A stretch of 64,000 nucleotides of DNA, taken from a virus. The position numbers and the translations under genes were made by a program. The stretch lies in IMG/VR virus record IMGVR_UViG_3300025872_000001. One strand, given 5' to 3'. The first letter of the stretch is position 1. The number at the start of each line of letters is the position of its first letter. Of the stretch, positions 27,612 to 37,801 are shown piece after piece. Under the pieces are notes generated by a model. It saw nothing but the letters and a program-made list of their open reading frames with translations. It was not told the origin of the DNA and did not search any database.

Positions 27612-29665
27612 GCAAATATAAATTATATTCTTTCTTGTTTTCATTCGCAGTTCTGCTGGGACTTGTTGCACTGCGCGTGAACGACCCATTTTTTATTGAG
27701 ACTGCTAGACTCAAAACTATTGATTATTATCAACGAACCCAACCAAAGCAAATAAGTGAAAACATTGTTGTGGTTGAGATAGACGAAAAGACTTTGGACA
27801 AAGAAGGTCAGTGGCCCTTTCCAAGACAAACGATTGCAAAAGCAATCAAAAAAGCATTCGATAACCAAGCGCAACTTGTTGTGCTGCCAGTTATCTTCGC
27901 AGAGAAAGATAGATTCAATGGCGACGACGAATTAACAGAAGTGTTAAAAACTTATCCTGTAATCTTGAGTCAGTCTGCCGCAAATAAAGGAAAAGGTCAA
28001 CCCGTTCCAAGAGGAGTTGCGACAATAGGAGAGAACATAAATGATTGGTTATTTGAATACAATGCGGCGATTGGACCGACAAAACAATTAGGTGAAGCTG
28101 CGGCTGGCGTTGGAATGCTTCTAACTGCACCAGAAGTTGATGGCGTAGTTAGAAGATTACCCCTAATCGTACAAATAAACAAAGAATTATATCCAACTAT
28201 ACCACTTGAGATGCTGCGCGTTTTGGCTGGCGATCCAAGCTACCAAGCTAGAATCAATGAAGCTGGAGTGGATGCAGTTAGAATACCCCAATTTAAAACA
28301 ATAAAAACAGATGAGCATGGGCGCGTCTGGATTAATTTTAAATACGAATTCCCATCCTTATCATTTGCTGATGCAGACTGGAGCAAGGTAAAAGACAAGG
28401 TTGTTATGCTTGCCCCTACCGCAGAGGGGTTATCAAACACTGTTGCAACCTCCGTAAATATAAGATATGGTTACGAAATACCGTTGTTTGTAGCTCAAAT
28501 GGTAGCAGATGACGCTAGACTAGAAAGACCCAGCCAATTTAATTTATATGAACTTTTGTATGGATCATTAGCAGGATTAGCCGTAATACTAATGCTTATT
28601 AGCGGACCTTATTGGTTAGCTGGGATTTTTTATGCAGTATTAGTTGCGGCTCCAGTTAAATTCGGATTCATGTCATTTGCCAAAGGTCAATTATTCGACT
28701 ATAGTTGGATAATTATTACGGTATCAGTGTTGTTTATGATCTCCGCTTTCTTGAGATTCATTAGCGAGTTCAAACAAAAACAATTAATTAAAAAACAATT
28801 CGGCACTTATCTTGCCCCAGCACTCGTAGAAAAGTTGCAGAAAAACCCAGGTTTGTTGCGTCTAGGTGGAGATGAACGCGAGCTTTCGATTATGTTTACC
28901 GATGTTCGCGGCTTCACTACAATCTCTGAACACTACGGTAAAAACGTTCAAGGCTTGACTATGATCATGAATAGGTACATGACTGCAATGACCGAATCGA
29001 TATTAAAAAATGACGGCACTTTAGACAAATACATTGGAGATGCACAAATGGCTTTTTGGAACGCTCCGCTTGACGACGCTAATCACGCCAAAAATGCTGT
29101 AAAGACAGCATTAGAGATGCTCAAGCGTCTCGACTCTTTCAATGAAGAAATCTCAAAAGAAGGCGTGCCGCCATTCGGCATGGGACTCGGAATCAATACT
29201 GGGAGCGTTGTCGTTGGTAACATGGGTAGTACACAGCGTTTTGATTATACTTGCTTGGGCGACCATGTTAATCTCGCCTCTAGATTAGAAGGGCAGTCCA
29301 AACCTTACGGAGTTAGAATTATAATCGGCCCCAGAACTGCCGAACATATTAAGAATGATTATCAAACACTTGAGTTGGATTTGATCGCGGTTAAAGGTAA
29401 AAAAGAAGGCGTCAAGATATTCACAGTTCTTGAAAACTCAATGGATGAAGATAAAATAAAACATATTTACAGAATGCACGATGGATTCCTTTGTGATTAC
29501 CGCACTCAGAAGTGGGACAATGCAATTGCTTTGGCAGAAAGCCTCCAGAAGAATAATCCAGAACTGAAAAAATATTACAGTATGATGATTGAAAGAATCG
29601 CGGAACTTCGTGAAAAAGGCTTGACAAAAGATTGGGATGGGGTATATGTTGCTACTTCAAAGTAG
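27608..29665 (+). CDS. CHASE2-domain membrane class III adenylate cyclase
   Basis: IVVVEIDEKTL..GQWPFPR, DGVVRRLPL (CHASE2); TM helices; FTDVRGFT, DKYIGDA, DYTCLGDHVNLASRLEG. Confidence 0.93.
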   Translation: MSKYKLYSFLFSFAVLLGLVALRVNDPFFIETARLKTIDYYQRTQPKQISENIVVVEIDEKTLDKEGQWPFPRQTIAKAIKKAFDNQAQLVVLPVIFAEKDRFNGDDELTEVLKTYPVILSQSAANKGKGQPVPRGVATIGENINDWLFEYNAAIGPTKQLGEAAAGVGMLLTAPEVDGVVRRLPLIVQINKELYPTIPLEMLRVLAGDPSYQARINEAGVDAVRIPQFKTIKTDEHGRVWINFKYEFPSLSFADADWSKVKDKVVMLAPTAEGLSNTVATSVNIRYGYEIPLFVAQMVADDARLERPSQFNLYELLYGSLAGLAVILMLISGPYWLAGIFYAVLVAAPVKFGFMSFAKGQLFDYSWIIITVSVLFMISAFLRFISEFKQKQLIKKQFGTYLAPALVEKLQKNPGLLRLGGDERELSIMFTDVRGFTTISEHYGKNVQGLTMIMNRYMTAMTESILKNDGTLDKYIGDAQMAFWNAPLDDANHAKNAVKTALEMLKRLDSFNEEISKEGVPPFGMGLGINTGSVVVGNMGSTQRFDYTCLGDHVNLASRLEGQSKPYGVRIIIGPRTAEHIKNDYQTLELDLIAVKGKKEGVKIFTVLENSMDEDKIKHIYRMHDGFLCDYRTQKWDNAIALAESLQKNNPELKKYYSMMIERIAELREKGLTKDWDGVYVATSK

Positions 29666-29687
29666 AACAACTTAACTGCAAATAAGT

Positions 29688-29939
29688 ATGAAATTTGAGA
29701 TTACTCAGGGTTGTACCGCATATGACTTTACTGTAGACGGAAAACGGTACAATGATCTTCCTTCGGAAGAAAAAGCAAAAATTATCGATCATGTTCTGGC
29801 AAAGGTGAAAGAGCAAATTCTTAATAATAATATGGCGTTTGAAGGAATCATGGAGCATTTTCAATATGATTATCATGAAATTGGCCCTAAATGCGGTCAA
29901 TGCGGAGACTCGGTAAGCAAAACAATCATTACTGTTTAA
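29688..29939 (+). CDS. Hypothetical protein with CxxC
   Basis: 83 aa; CGQCGD. Confidence 0.6.
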   Translation: MKFEITQGCTAYDFTVDGKRYNDLPSEEKAKIIDHVLAKVKEQILNNNMAFEGIMEHFQYDYHEIGPKCGQCGDSVSKTIITV

Positions 29940-30476
29940 ATGATTAATAATGTTTATAAGTTGTCTGAGGAAGAGCGCGCACTTGCTAAAAAACTCGGCA
30001 ATGCTCGCAACAACGCAAAACATGAATCGTTCCGAGATAAAGATCGATTTAAAATTAACAGAGAAAGCGGTTACTCTCATATCCTTGGCATCTCTGCTGA
30101 GATCGCCTACGCAGCTTTAACTAACCAAGAAATCGATACTAAAATTTATGATCTTGGTGATGAGATTGATTTTGATGGTGTTGAAATCAAGGCTGCGACT
30201 TGGCCGCATAAGAATATTGAATTAAAAATTCCTTTTGAAGAATACGAGAAAAAGAATCCTAAAATCTATGTTCTCGCCAGAATCGACAAAAATTACACTA
30301 CAGTTGAATTCATAGGCTCAATCTCAAGAAAAACATTTGATAAGTTGAAGTATTGCAAGAAGCACACCCAAGTGAATAATTGGTGCGTCAACGAAGATCA
30401 AATGTCGAAAGTTCTCGCTTTCTTCAAGGACGGCAAGTACGAGCAAAAAGAATTTAATTCAAAAAAAATCTCTTGA
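29940..30476 (+). CDS. PD-(D/E)xK nuclease-like protein
   Basis: GISAEIA...DFDGVEIK motif. Confidence 0.5.
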   Translation: MINNVYKLSEEERALAKKLGNARNNAKHESFRDKDRFKINRESGYSHILGISAEIAYAALTNQEIDTKIYDLGDEIDFDGVEIKAATWPHKNIELKIPFEEYEKKNPKIYVLARIDKNYTTVEFIGSISRKTFDKLKYCKKHTQVNNWCVNEDQMSKVLAFFKDGKYEQKEFNSKKIS

Positions 30477-30507
30477 CCCCGTTACATTTTGTGTCAGAGT
30501 AAGCACC
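30473..30507 (+). promoter_or_regulatory. Sigma70-type leaderless promoter
   Basis: A-tract, then TTGACC-N16-CAGAGT-N7-ATG(30508). Confidence 0.6.
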
Positions 30508-31413
30508 ATGCAACTCGCACTCTGCTGCATCTCCAACGTTCTTGCCGAGCAAGGTTACAAGTTCCAAACTATGACCTTGACTCGCTTCTTGTCGCTACCC
30601 CGTGCCGACGCTATTCGCACTCTCAGTGACCGCATCCTCAACAACTTTGTTGTCACCAATCGCATCATTCAGCATTGCGCCGACACCGGCATTGCTGGCT
30701 ACCGCTTGTCGTCCACGCTTACTCCTGTCATCGACCATCCTGACGTTAATCTTCGTCTCGACCAATTGCCCAACTGGTCTGACCTTCGCGCTGCTCTCGA
30801 CACCATCGCCGCTACTATCAAACGCACTGGTGTTCGCATTTCCGCGCATCCTTCAGAGTTCATCACTCTAACCAGCACTGACGACGCCGCTATCACCAAC
30901 AGCATTCGCGATCTCACTGCTCACGCTGACCTTTTCGACTTGCTCGACCTACCACTCGACTATCGCTCACCTCTCAACATTCATTGCCGTCAAGACGGCG
31001 ACCCTGCTGTTATCTCTGCTCGTTTCCTTTCCAACTTCAATCGTTTACCAGCCAATGTTCGCTCTCGTCTTGTGCTAGAGGTCAACGACAACGTTGACGG
31101 CACTTGGTCTGTATCCAACTTGCACAAGTATTTCTTCGTTCCTGCTGGCATTCCCATCACCTACGATTCCCTGCACCGTCAGTTCTGCAATCACGGCAAC
31201 GACGATGCCGCAGACTTTCACCTCGCCTACTCCACTTGGCCCACAATTCCTTTGTTTCATTATTCAGAAGGTATTGACAATACCCGCAAACACGCTATGA
31301 TGCCTCTCAATTCACCCAACAACTATGGCAAGCCCGTGTTCTTCGACGTAGAACTCAAAGGCAAAGACCATGCAATTTATCACATCCTCAACAATGCAAA
31401 CAAAAATCAATAA
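30508..31413 (+). CDS. uvsE: UV damage endonuclease
   Basis: YRLSS, RISAHPSEF, NIH, RLVLEVND, YDSLH, PLFHYSE, RKHA, DVELKGKD. Confidence 0.9.
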   Translation: MQLALCCISNVLAEQGYKFQTMTLTRFLSLPRADAIRTLSDRILNNFVVTNRIIQHCADTGIAGYRLSSTLTPVIDHPDVNLRLDQLPNWSDLRAALDTIAATIKRTGVRISAHPSEFITLTSTDDAAITNSIRDLTAHADLFDLLDLPLDYRSPLNIHCRQDGDPAVISARFLSNFNRLPANVRSRLVLEVNDNVDGTWSVSNLHKYFFVPAGIPITYDSLHRQFCNHGNDDAADFHLAYSTWPTIPLFHYSEGIDNTRKHAMMPLNSPNNYGKPVFFDVELKGKDHAIYHILNNANKNQ

Positions 31414-31738
31414 AGTTAGAGACCAAATTGTCAGTAAGCTCAATGAACTCGGTATCGAATTCTCCATAGAAGACATGGAGATCGAAAAGGCAGATTTTTC
31501 TGCCAAGCTAACTGGATACAAAATCGTTGCGACTAACTTGATGGGCTGTATCGTTCCAAACTTTCATAAGAAGCGCCCCGAATATTTAATCTTTAATGAC
31601 AAATTGGTTTCTCACCTCATTTCTGAAGGTTACGACGACACCTACATTGAGGAGCATGGCAAGATTTGGACTCACCTTTTCAAGCAGTCAGATTTCGTGG
31701 AAGTATTTAAGGAAGCCCATACATTTAAATTTAATTAA
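31394..31738 (+). CDS. Hypothetical protein
   Basis: Start placed at ATG 31394; in-operon ORF. Confidence 0.6.
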   Translation: MQTKINKVRDQIVSKLNELGIEFSIEDMEIEKADFSAKLTGYKIVATNLMGCIVPNFHKKRPEYLIFNDKLVSHLISEGYDDTYIEEHGKIWTHLFKQSDFVEVFKEAHTFKFN

Positions 31739-31740
31739 AA

Positions 31741-31986
31741 ATGAATCGCACTCTTTTATTTTCCTCTGTCAACGTACAAGAGATTTACAAGCTCTACGAA
31801 ATTTTGAACGCTGAGTTCTTGAAGAGGTTCAAGTTCTCCGCAGAGTTCCGAATCACCACCGTTTCTTCCTCGCGAGAGTTTTCTCTTTCTGTGGAAGATG
31901 CTTCTGAAGAAGAGCGTAACTGGTTGAAGGACGCGACCTTAAAAATTCTCGAAAGAAAGTTTGAAAAAGTAGTTGACGAAACGTGA
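31741..31986 (+). CDS. Hypothetical protein
   Basis: 81 aa in-operon ORF. Confidence 0.6.
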   Translation: MNRTLLFSSVNVQEIYKLYEILNAEFLKRFKFSAEFRITTVSSSREFSLSVEDASEEERNWLKDATLKILERKFEKVVDET

Positions 31987-32025
31987 TCCCTGTGGCATTC
32001 TTTGCCTGTAAATCAAATTGCTCCC

Positions 32026-34146
32026 ATGATTGTCAAATCCATCCAGCGAAACGTTGTTGAATCTCACGATTTCAAGTCTGAAATCGCGACCATCGATGCG
32101 AATGAGATGCGCTACATCTCGTCGCTTCTGCGGAATAACTACTCCAATGTCGTCTTGGCAACTGCACGCGAAACTATCGCCAATGCAGTTGACGCGAACA
32201 AGGGTTCGTCCCGTGACGTTGAGATCACTGCTCCCACTCGCGTAAGTCCCACTTTCGTTGTGCGTGACTTTGGCGCGGGGCTTTCCGAGTCTGATCTCTT
32301 TGGTCTCTACACCAAGTATGGTCGCTCTACTAAGCGCAGCGACAACGATTCAATCGGCGGTTTCGGCATTGGTCGTTTCGCGCCGCTATCGTATACTGAT
32401 TCGTTTACGGTTACGTCTCGTCACAAGGGTAACGAGATCGTTATCTCAGTGTACGTTGACGAGCATGGCGACACTCGTTTCACCAAGCTCTCTGACACCT
32501 CCACTTCTGAACCGAGTGGTGTTGAGATTTCCGTTGCGGTCAAGAGCGAGGATGTTTCCAACTTCGAATGTGAAATCAACAAGGTCATTCGCTTCTCTGA
32601 CGAGAAGTTTGTCTGCAAAGGTTTTTCGCGTTTACTCCCAGAGTGGGTGATCAAGAACGCTGATTGGGGAGTGGAGAGGAACAGACGCTCCGATCCCATC
32701 ATTGTGATGGGTGGCATTTCCTACCCGCTGAATCTTGACAGTCTTGCGAATCATCCAATTGCATCGTCAAAGATTTACAAGGCATTCTCCAACTCTTACG
32801 TTTCTAATTTCTTCGTCTTTTTCTTTCCAGTTGGCTCGGTTGCGCTGCACCACTCTCGCGAGAATCTAGAATACAACGCGCAGACCAAGAACTTCATTGC
32901 TCGCGCCATCTCTAAGCTGGAGACGGAAATCAAAACGCAAGTTCAAAAAGAAATCGATGCGATTTCCGACTCGGCAGAGTTCTTCAAAAAGTTGTATGCT
33001 TTAAGCGGCTCCAACAACCTTGAGTCGCTTTGCTGCGACGCCAATTATAACTTCACCGACGCGAATAAAAATGTAATTAAAATCAACGGAGATCCGATTG
33101 TTCCGTTGGCTATTTACAGAAAGTCGCGCAACACTCGCAATCTTGTGCGGTTGTCGAAGAAGACCCAGAACGTCGAAAAGACCATTAGTGCCAAGACGTT
33201 TTATGCTGGTGGAAACAACTGGCGCATCGTTATCAACGATAATGTTAAAAACATTCAAGATCGCGTTAATGGATTGATGAGTTCCAATGGAATCGATGGA
33301 ACAATCTATGTAGTTTCCCTTGCTGACGCCGAAAGCAAACTGCTTTACAAGCATAACTCTTGCGATCATATTCATCTCGCTTCTAAACTCACTCCTGTTT
33401 CACCCAAGAGCAAAGAGTTCAACAATATACGCAAAATCTTTTCCAATAGCCACTGGAGCTATAGTTTCAAGGAAAAGGTTCCAATGCCTACCGATCCTTT
33501 CTATTATGTTGATATCAAGCATAATGGCGGCAACAATTATGATATTCTTTTCGGAGACTTGAAGGATTTCGGCCAAAGTGACCTCAGACAGCTTTGGAAG
33601 ATTGCAAGGCATTTTGGTATCAACTACGATACTGTTTATGGTGTTCTTGACAGGACCGATCTACCTGCCCACGCTATCAATTTGCATGATGTTTTCATGC
33701 CCAAATTTAAGACTGCTATCGCCCAATTTAAATCAATTTTAAATACCAGAGAAGAGAAAGAAGTTCGTCGTGATGCCTTGCCAATGATCGCTCATTGGGA
33801 ACACTTCAGAAAGGAACTCCCTGACAATCACCCCATCTCAGTTTATTTTGATCTCTGGAATATCAGTGGAGACATAGATGCAGACAATTCTCCTTTCTCT
33901 GACGAACAGAAGAAAGAGTTCAATATCTTGTGCGATTTCCCTCGTAGGTGCGGCATCGATAAGGTTGTTCCCACTCTCGACCCAAAAATTTCCGAAAAAA
34001 TCAAAAAAGAAGCCTTGACAATCAAGGAGACTTATCCGATGATGTTCGCACTGTTCGAAGGTCGCTACGGCTCCTTCTACGGTATCCAGAACGCCAAGAA
34101 ATTAGTCCTCGACTACATCAATTTAGTTGATAATCGTAATTCCTAA
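32026..34146 (+). CDS. rIIA: RIIA-like protein (N-terminal GHKL ATPase)
   Basis: RETIANAVDA, VRDFGAGLS, YGRSTK...IGGFGIG, IVMGGISYP, HSRENLEY; followed by rIIB. Confidence 0.85.
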   Translation: MIVKSIQRNVVESHDFKSEIATIDANEMRYISSLLRNNYSNVVLATARETIANAVDANKGSSRDVEITAPTRVSPTFVVRDFGAGLSESDLFGLYTKYGRSTKRSDNDSIGGFGIGRFAPLSYTDSFTVTSRHKGNEIVISVYVDEHGDTRFTKLSDTSTSEPSGVEISVAVKSEDVSNFECEINKVIRFSDEKFVCKGFSRLLPEWVIKNADWGVERNRRSDPIIVMGGISYPLNLDSLANHPIASSKIYKAFSNSYVSNFFVFFFPVGSVALHHSRENLEYNAQTKNFIARAISKLETEIKTQVQKEIDAISDSAEFFKKLYALSGSNNLESLCCDANYNFTDANKNVIKINGDPIVPLAIYRKSRNTRNLVRLSKKTQNVEKTISAKTFYAGGNNWRIVINDNVKNIQDRVNGLMSSNGIDGTIYVVSLADAESKLLYKHNSCDHIHLASKLTPVSPKSKEFNNIRKIFSNSHWSYSFKEKVPMPTDPFYYVDIKHNGGNNYDILFGDLKDFGQSDLRQLWKIARHFGINYDTVYGVLDRTDLPAHAINLHDVFMPKFKTAIAQFKSILNTREEKEVRRDALPMIAHWEHFRKELPDNHPISVYFDLWNISGDIDADNSPFSDEQKKEFNILCDFPRRCGIDKVVPTLDPKISEKIKKEALTIKETYPMMFALFEGRYGSFYGIQNAKKLVLDYINLVDNRNS

Positions 34147-34168
34147 ACCACAATAATATAGTATCGTT

Positions 34169-35287
34169 ATGAATAAGCCAGCCTACATCATGCGTGACAA
34201 CTCCATCACCGTTTTCGTTGATGGTAAGCCACATACCGTGGATAGTTCGCACCCGAACTTCTCCTCGTTGCGCCAAGCTATCCTTGACGCTCAGTACGAT
34301 CTCATTCCTGAGTTGATCACGATTGAGAATAAGATTAAGAACATGACTCACGGTGCCATTGATATCTACGATGGTAAGCTGTTCCACAGCGGCGTGGAGG
34401 TTCACGGTGTTGTTGTGGACAAGTTGTTCGCGATGCTGAAGGAGGGGGCGAAGGACGCCGAGCCTCTGCTCAATTTCATTGATCGCCTCATGCAGAACCC
34501 TTCTGCTAACTCGGTCAACGAACTCTACACGTTCCTTTCTTACAAGAGTCTCCCTATCACTGCTGATGGAAAGTTCCTCGCCTACAAGGGAGTTAATAAT
34601 AATTTTTATTCGAAGCAGGGCAACAAAGACACGGTTGTTGTGTCTGGTAAGGTGTCTGCCGAAGGTTCGATTTACAACGGTGTTGGCGAAGTGATTGAAG
34701 TTGCTCGCCGCTCCGTGGATGATAACAAAGAAAATCACTGCTCTTTTGGTCTGCACGTTGGCAGCTACGATTATGCAAATAATTGGGCTGGTTCTGATGG
34801 GCGTCTCCTTGTGGTTGAGGTTGACCCTGCTGATGCTGTCAGCGTGCCGACTGATTGCGCTTACCAGAAGTTGCGCGTATCAAAGTATCGCGTCTTGTCC
34901 GACATCACTGCTGAACGTAAGGAGATTCCTGACGCTGTTTACAATGGCGGCGATGATTGGGATAACACTTGCGAGTGCGACGGTGATTGCGATACCTGCG
35001 ATTACGAGTCTGACGAGTCTGATGACTCCGATGATATCGAACAGAACGATGATACTTTTGAGTCGTTTATTCGCCTCAAGATTCGCAACTATATTGATGC
35101 CAAGCACACTGATGGAGTTTACCCTACCGTAAAGCAGATTCAAAGCCGAATGGAGGATTATAATCTTTCAGTCGATCAGATTCTGGACATTGCCACTCGT
35201 CAGTTGCCGTTCAATTCCACTAATTATTATGATCCTGATGGAAGCCCCATTCCCGTCAGTCAGATTCAGATTGTTCCCTCATTTTGA
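34169..35287 (+). CDS. rIIB: RIIB-like protein
   Basis: LMQNPSANSVNELYTFL, ITADGKFLAYKGV, CSFGLHVG, VEVDPADAVSVPTD..QKLRV. Confidence 0.9.
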   Translation: MNKPAYIMRDNSITVFVDGKPHTVDSSHPNFSSLRQAILDAQYDLIPELITIENKIKNMTHGAIDIYDGKLFHSGVEVHGVVVDKLFAMLKEGAKDAEPLLNFIDRLMQNPSANSVNELYTFLSYKSLPITADGKFLAYKGVNNNFYSKQGNKDTVVVSGKVSAEGSIYNGVGEVIEVARRSVDDNKENHCSFGLHVGSYDYANNWAGSDGRLLVVEVDPADAVSVPTDCAYQKLRVSKYRVLSDITAERKEIPDAVYNGGDDWDNTCECDGDCDTCDYESDESDDSDDIEQNDDTFESFIRLKIRNYIDAKHTDGVYPTVKQIQSRMEDYNLSVDQILDIATRQLPFNSTNYYDPDGSPIPVSQIQIVPSF

Positions 35288-35293
35288 TTAATT

Positions 35294-35554
35294 ATGAATA
35301 AAAATCCACTCGTTGAAAAGCTAGAGAATGCTTCCGAGACTGAACTCGACGTTGCATTTGCTCTACTCAAGTACAAGGAAATCGGTATCTACCGAAAGAT
35401 TAAGGGTCTCGCCCTTGCTTTTGGTCTGAACTTTGAGGAAGTCGTCAAGGGACTGCCTCAAGAGAATGGGCGACTCCTCGACAGGGAGACGCGCCACTTC
35501 ATTCACGATTTCATGCTGGCTCGCGCCAAGCAATTTCATACTCCCAATAACTAA
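35294..35554 (+). CDS. Hypothetical protein
   Basis: 86 aa in-operon ORF. Confidence 0.65.
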   Translation: MNKNPLVEKLENASETELDVAFALLKYKEIGIYRKIKGLALAFGLNFEEVVKGLPQENGRLLDRETRHFIHDFMLARAKQFHTPNN

Positions 35555-35877
35555 TGAACGAAGAAACATTTACTCCTTTGAGCGTAGATATTAAGCCTAA
35601 CTTGAACTGGTTTGAGGTTTGGAGCCTTGAGCAAGATGGTTCACTCAAGAATTGCGTGAACTTCTATGATCTTGCGCTGCAAAACTCAGTAACTTGGGCG
35701 CTTCAGTGTCTCTCTCATGAGAGTTCTCGCACTGACGATGCTTACGTTATTGTTCACTCTACGGTTGGCGAGGACAAGGAGATGGTTCGCTCCATCATTC
35801 CTGAGCCTACTGACAAGGATACAAAGTTCTATACAGTTCTGAATAAGTTCCGCGCAGCACTAAAAACAATTAATTAA
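35554..35877 (+). CDS. Hypothetical protein
   Basis: TAATG-coupled ORF. Confidence 0.65.
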   Translation: MNEETFTPLSVDIKPNLNWFEVWSLEQDGSLKNCVNFYDLALQNSVTWALQCLSHESSRTDDAYVIVHSTVGEDKEMVRSIIPEPTDKDTKFYTVLNKFRAALKTIN

Positions 35878-35885
35878 AAATCGAA

Positions 35886-36221
35886 ATGACCAGAGAGCAA
35901 CTGTTCGCGCATCATACCGAGTTGACCAACAAAGCACTCGGCATCATGAGAGCGAAGAACAATGATTACGCTGGCAGCAAGGGAGACAATCCCTTTGCAA
36001 ACTTCCAACGATGCGAATCAATGGGTGTTTGCTCCGCAGAGCAGGGTTTCCTTGTGAGGATCGTGGACAAGGTTTCTCGGCTCTCAACTTTTGCGAATGA
36101 TGGCAAGCTCGCCGTCAAGAACGAAAGCTACGAAGACGCTATTCTAGACATTATGAACTACTGCGTTCTTATGTCAGCTTACGTCAAGAGTAAGCAATTA
36201 GGACAAACTAACGCCAGTTAA
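35886..36221 (+). CDS. MazG-like / DUF1599 nucleotide-modification-associated protein
   Basis: KNNDYAG..NPFANF, RIVDKVSRL, ESYEDAILDIMNY. Confidence 0.7.
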   Translation: MTREQLFAHHTELTNKALGIMRAKNNDYAGSKGDNPFANFQRCESMGVCSAEQGFLVRIVDKVSRLSTFANDGKLAVKNESYEDAILDIMNYCVLMSAYVKSKQLGQTNAS

Positions 36222-36461
36222 TCTGTAACCGGCATCATAGGGCTTGATTGTCAGTCCCGTTGGCATACCAAGCTCTATGATTTTGCCGTTAAATTCTCTA
36301 ATCAAATGGTCAGAGAAGTCTCCGAATGTTGCGTTGCCACTTGCAGCGTAACCAGTTGCAGAATATAATCCAGTTATCTGGGTTTTGTATGCGGCCCAAT
36401 CACCAGAAACGGTGCTGAAGTTGCTGTGAATCTCTGCTTGGAGTAAACGTGGACTGACCAT
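36198..36461 (-). CDS. Hypothetical protein, possibly a late/virion gene
   Basis: Gly/Thr-rich like the tail genes; GTGTAA box 8 nt before ATG on the minus strand. Confidence 0.6.
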   Translation of the reverse strand: MVSPRLLQAEIHSNFSTVSGDWAAYKTQITGLYSATGYAASGNATFGDFSDHLIREFNGKIIELGMPTGLTIKPYDAGYRLTGVSLS

Positions 36462-36563
36462 ATTTTATTTTACACTTGAATGTCGCTATTTAGCATCGTA
36501 CTATTCATATTGCTAACTGTAAAATTATTGTCTAAACCAAATTATTTTATTAAAAAATAACCC

Positions 36564-36638
36564 GCCTCTATAGCACAGTGGTAGTGCAACAGTTTTGTAA
36601 ACTGTAGGTCGTTGGTTCGAATCCGACTGGAGGCTCCA
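36564..36638 (+). tRNA. tRNA-Thr(UGU)
   Basis: Cloverleaf; anticodon arm ACAGT-TTTGTAA-ACTGT; TTCGAAT; encoded CCA. Confidence 0.95.
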
Positions 36639-36643
36639 AAATT

Positions 36644-36997
36644 ATGAAAACTCGCAAGATATTAATCAGTTCCAATTTCGGTGGTTTCGGTTTAAGCGAT
36701 AAAGCCGTGGAGCTTTATCTTAACAAAAAAGGATTGGAGTTCACAACTCAAAAGAAAAGTTCAGCATTTTCTGATCGCCGTCTTATTTTTTATATTGATG
36801 GCGATTATTTTACCGAGCATGATTTAAGGCGTGATGATCCTGTTTTAATTGAAACAGTAGAAGAACTTGGCTTGGAAAAAGCTGCTGATTCTTATAGCTC
36901 ACTTAAAATCGTTGAAATTCCTTACGATGTTGAGTGGGTGCTTCAAGATTATGACGGCAATGAATGGATTGCTCAAAAGCATCGCATTTGGTCATGA
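36644..36997 (+). CDS. Conserved phage hypothetical protein
   Basis: FGGFGLS, RDDPVLIETVEELG, LKIVEIP, YDGNEWI. Confidence 0.75.
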   Translation: MKTRKILISSNFGGFGLSDKAVELYLNKKGLEFTTQKKSSAFSDRRLIFYIDGDYFTEHDLRRDDPVLIETVEELGLEKAADSYSSLKIVEIPYDVEWVLQDYDGNEWIAQKHRIWS

Positions 36998-37188
36998 GCG
37001 CACCAGCAATCGTTATCTGCCAATGCTGCGAGTATCAGTTCGATCCTAACGTAGAAGAATGTTATCAAGACATTGATGTTGGCTACGTTTGCAAAGATTG
37101 CAGTATTCAATTAAAATGGGCTTACGCCCACCTCAAAGTTAATGGTTTGAAACAATGTACAAAAGTGTTTAATCACAGACTCAAATGA
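36994..37188 (+). CDS. Small zinc-finger protein
   Basis: CQCC...CKDC; ATGA overlap. Confidence 0.55.
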   Translation: MSAPAIVICQCCEYQFDPNVEECYQDIDVGYVCKDCSIQLKWAYAHLKVNGLKQCTKVFNHRLK

Positions 37189-37457
37189 AACCACTTCCAA
37201 TTGAAATGAAAAATCATGGTTATTCCATGAAGCAGATCAAGCGCACCGACAAGGTTGCAATGTATTACAAATGCGGTGGCTACGAAGTTGTACTAGTTCA
37301 AAAGCACAACGGTTATGAAATTAAAGGAATTAAAATTGAACCCGCAGAGTACTTGCCCAAGGATGAGGATTTCGGTACGAAAGGCTGGTACTATGGTGGG
37401 CCAAATGCCCGCGAGGACGCTGAAAAAAAGTTTCGTGAACTCGAAAAAACCGCTTGA
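37185..37457 (+). CDS. Hypothetical protein
   Basis: YEV...EYLPKDEDFGTKGW. Confidence 0.65.
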   Translation: MKPLPIEMKNHGYSMKQIKRTDKVAMYYKCGGYEVVLVQKHNGYEIKGIKIEPAEYLPKDEDFGTKGWYYGGPNAREDAEKKFRELEKTA

Positions 37458-37509
37458 CGCAAGTTCAAGCATGAAGTATCTTCCCACTGTTCAATCAACA
37501 ACCACAATT

Positions 37510-37800
37510 ATGAGTAATCCAAAAGGAATTCACGTTTACGTCCTTGACAAGAAGGATCAGCGAATTGGTGTTCTCGCCGCCACCAGCAATGACCTTCACC
37601 CCGACACCGTTTATATCGGTTGGTCTCTTTGCAATTTCTCTCTTGGAGATCGCTTCGATCCAAAGCGGGGAGTTCAAATCGCTTATGAGCGGTCAAGCAA
37701 ATGCAGCATTGCACCGTTCCCAATGTCCTTGAATGATCGTTACGAGGCTTTCAAGTTCCGTTGCGAAAAGTATTTTAAAGACAAGCGCATCTTTATTTAA
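37510..37800 (+). CDS. Hypothetical protein
   Basis: GWSLCN..GDRFDPKRG; upstream promoter TTGACG-N17-TATCTT at 37454-37482. Confidence 0.65.
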   Translation: MSNPKGIHVYVLDKKDQRIGVLAATSNDLHPDTVYIGWSLCNFSLGDRFDPKRGVQIAYERSSKCSIAPFPMSLNDRYEAFKFRCEKYFKDKRIFI

Positions 37801-37801
37801 C

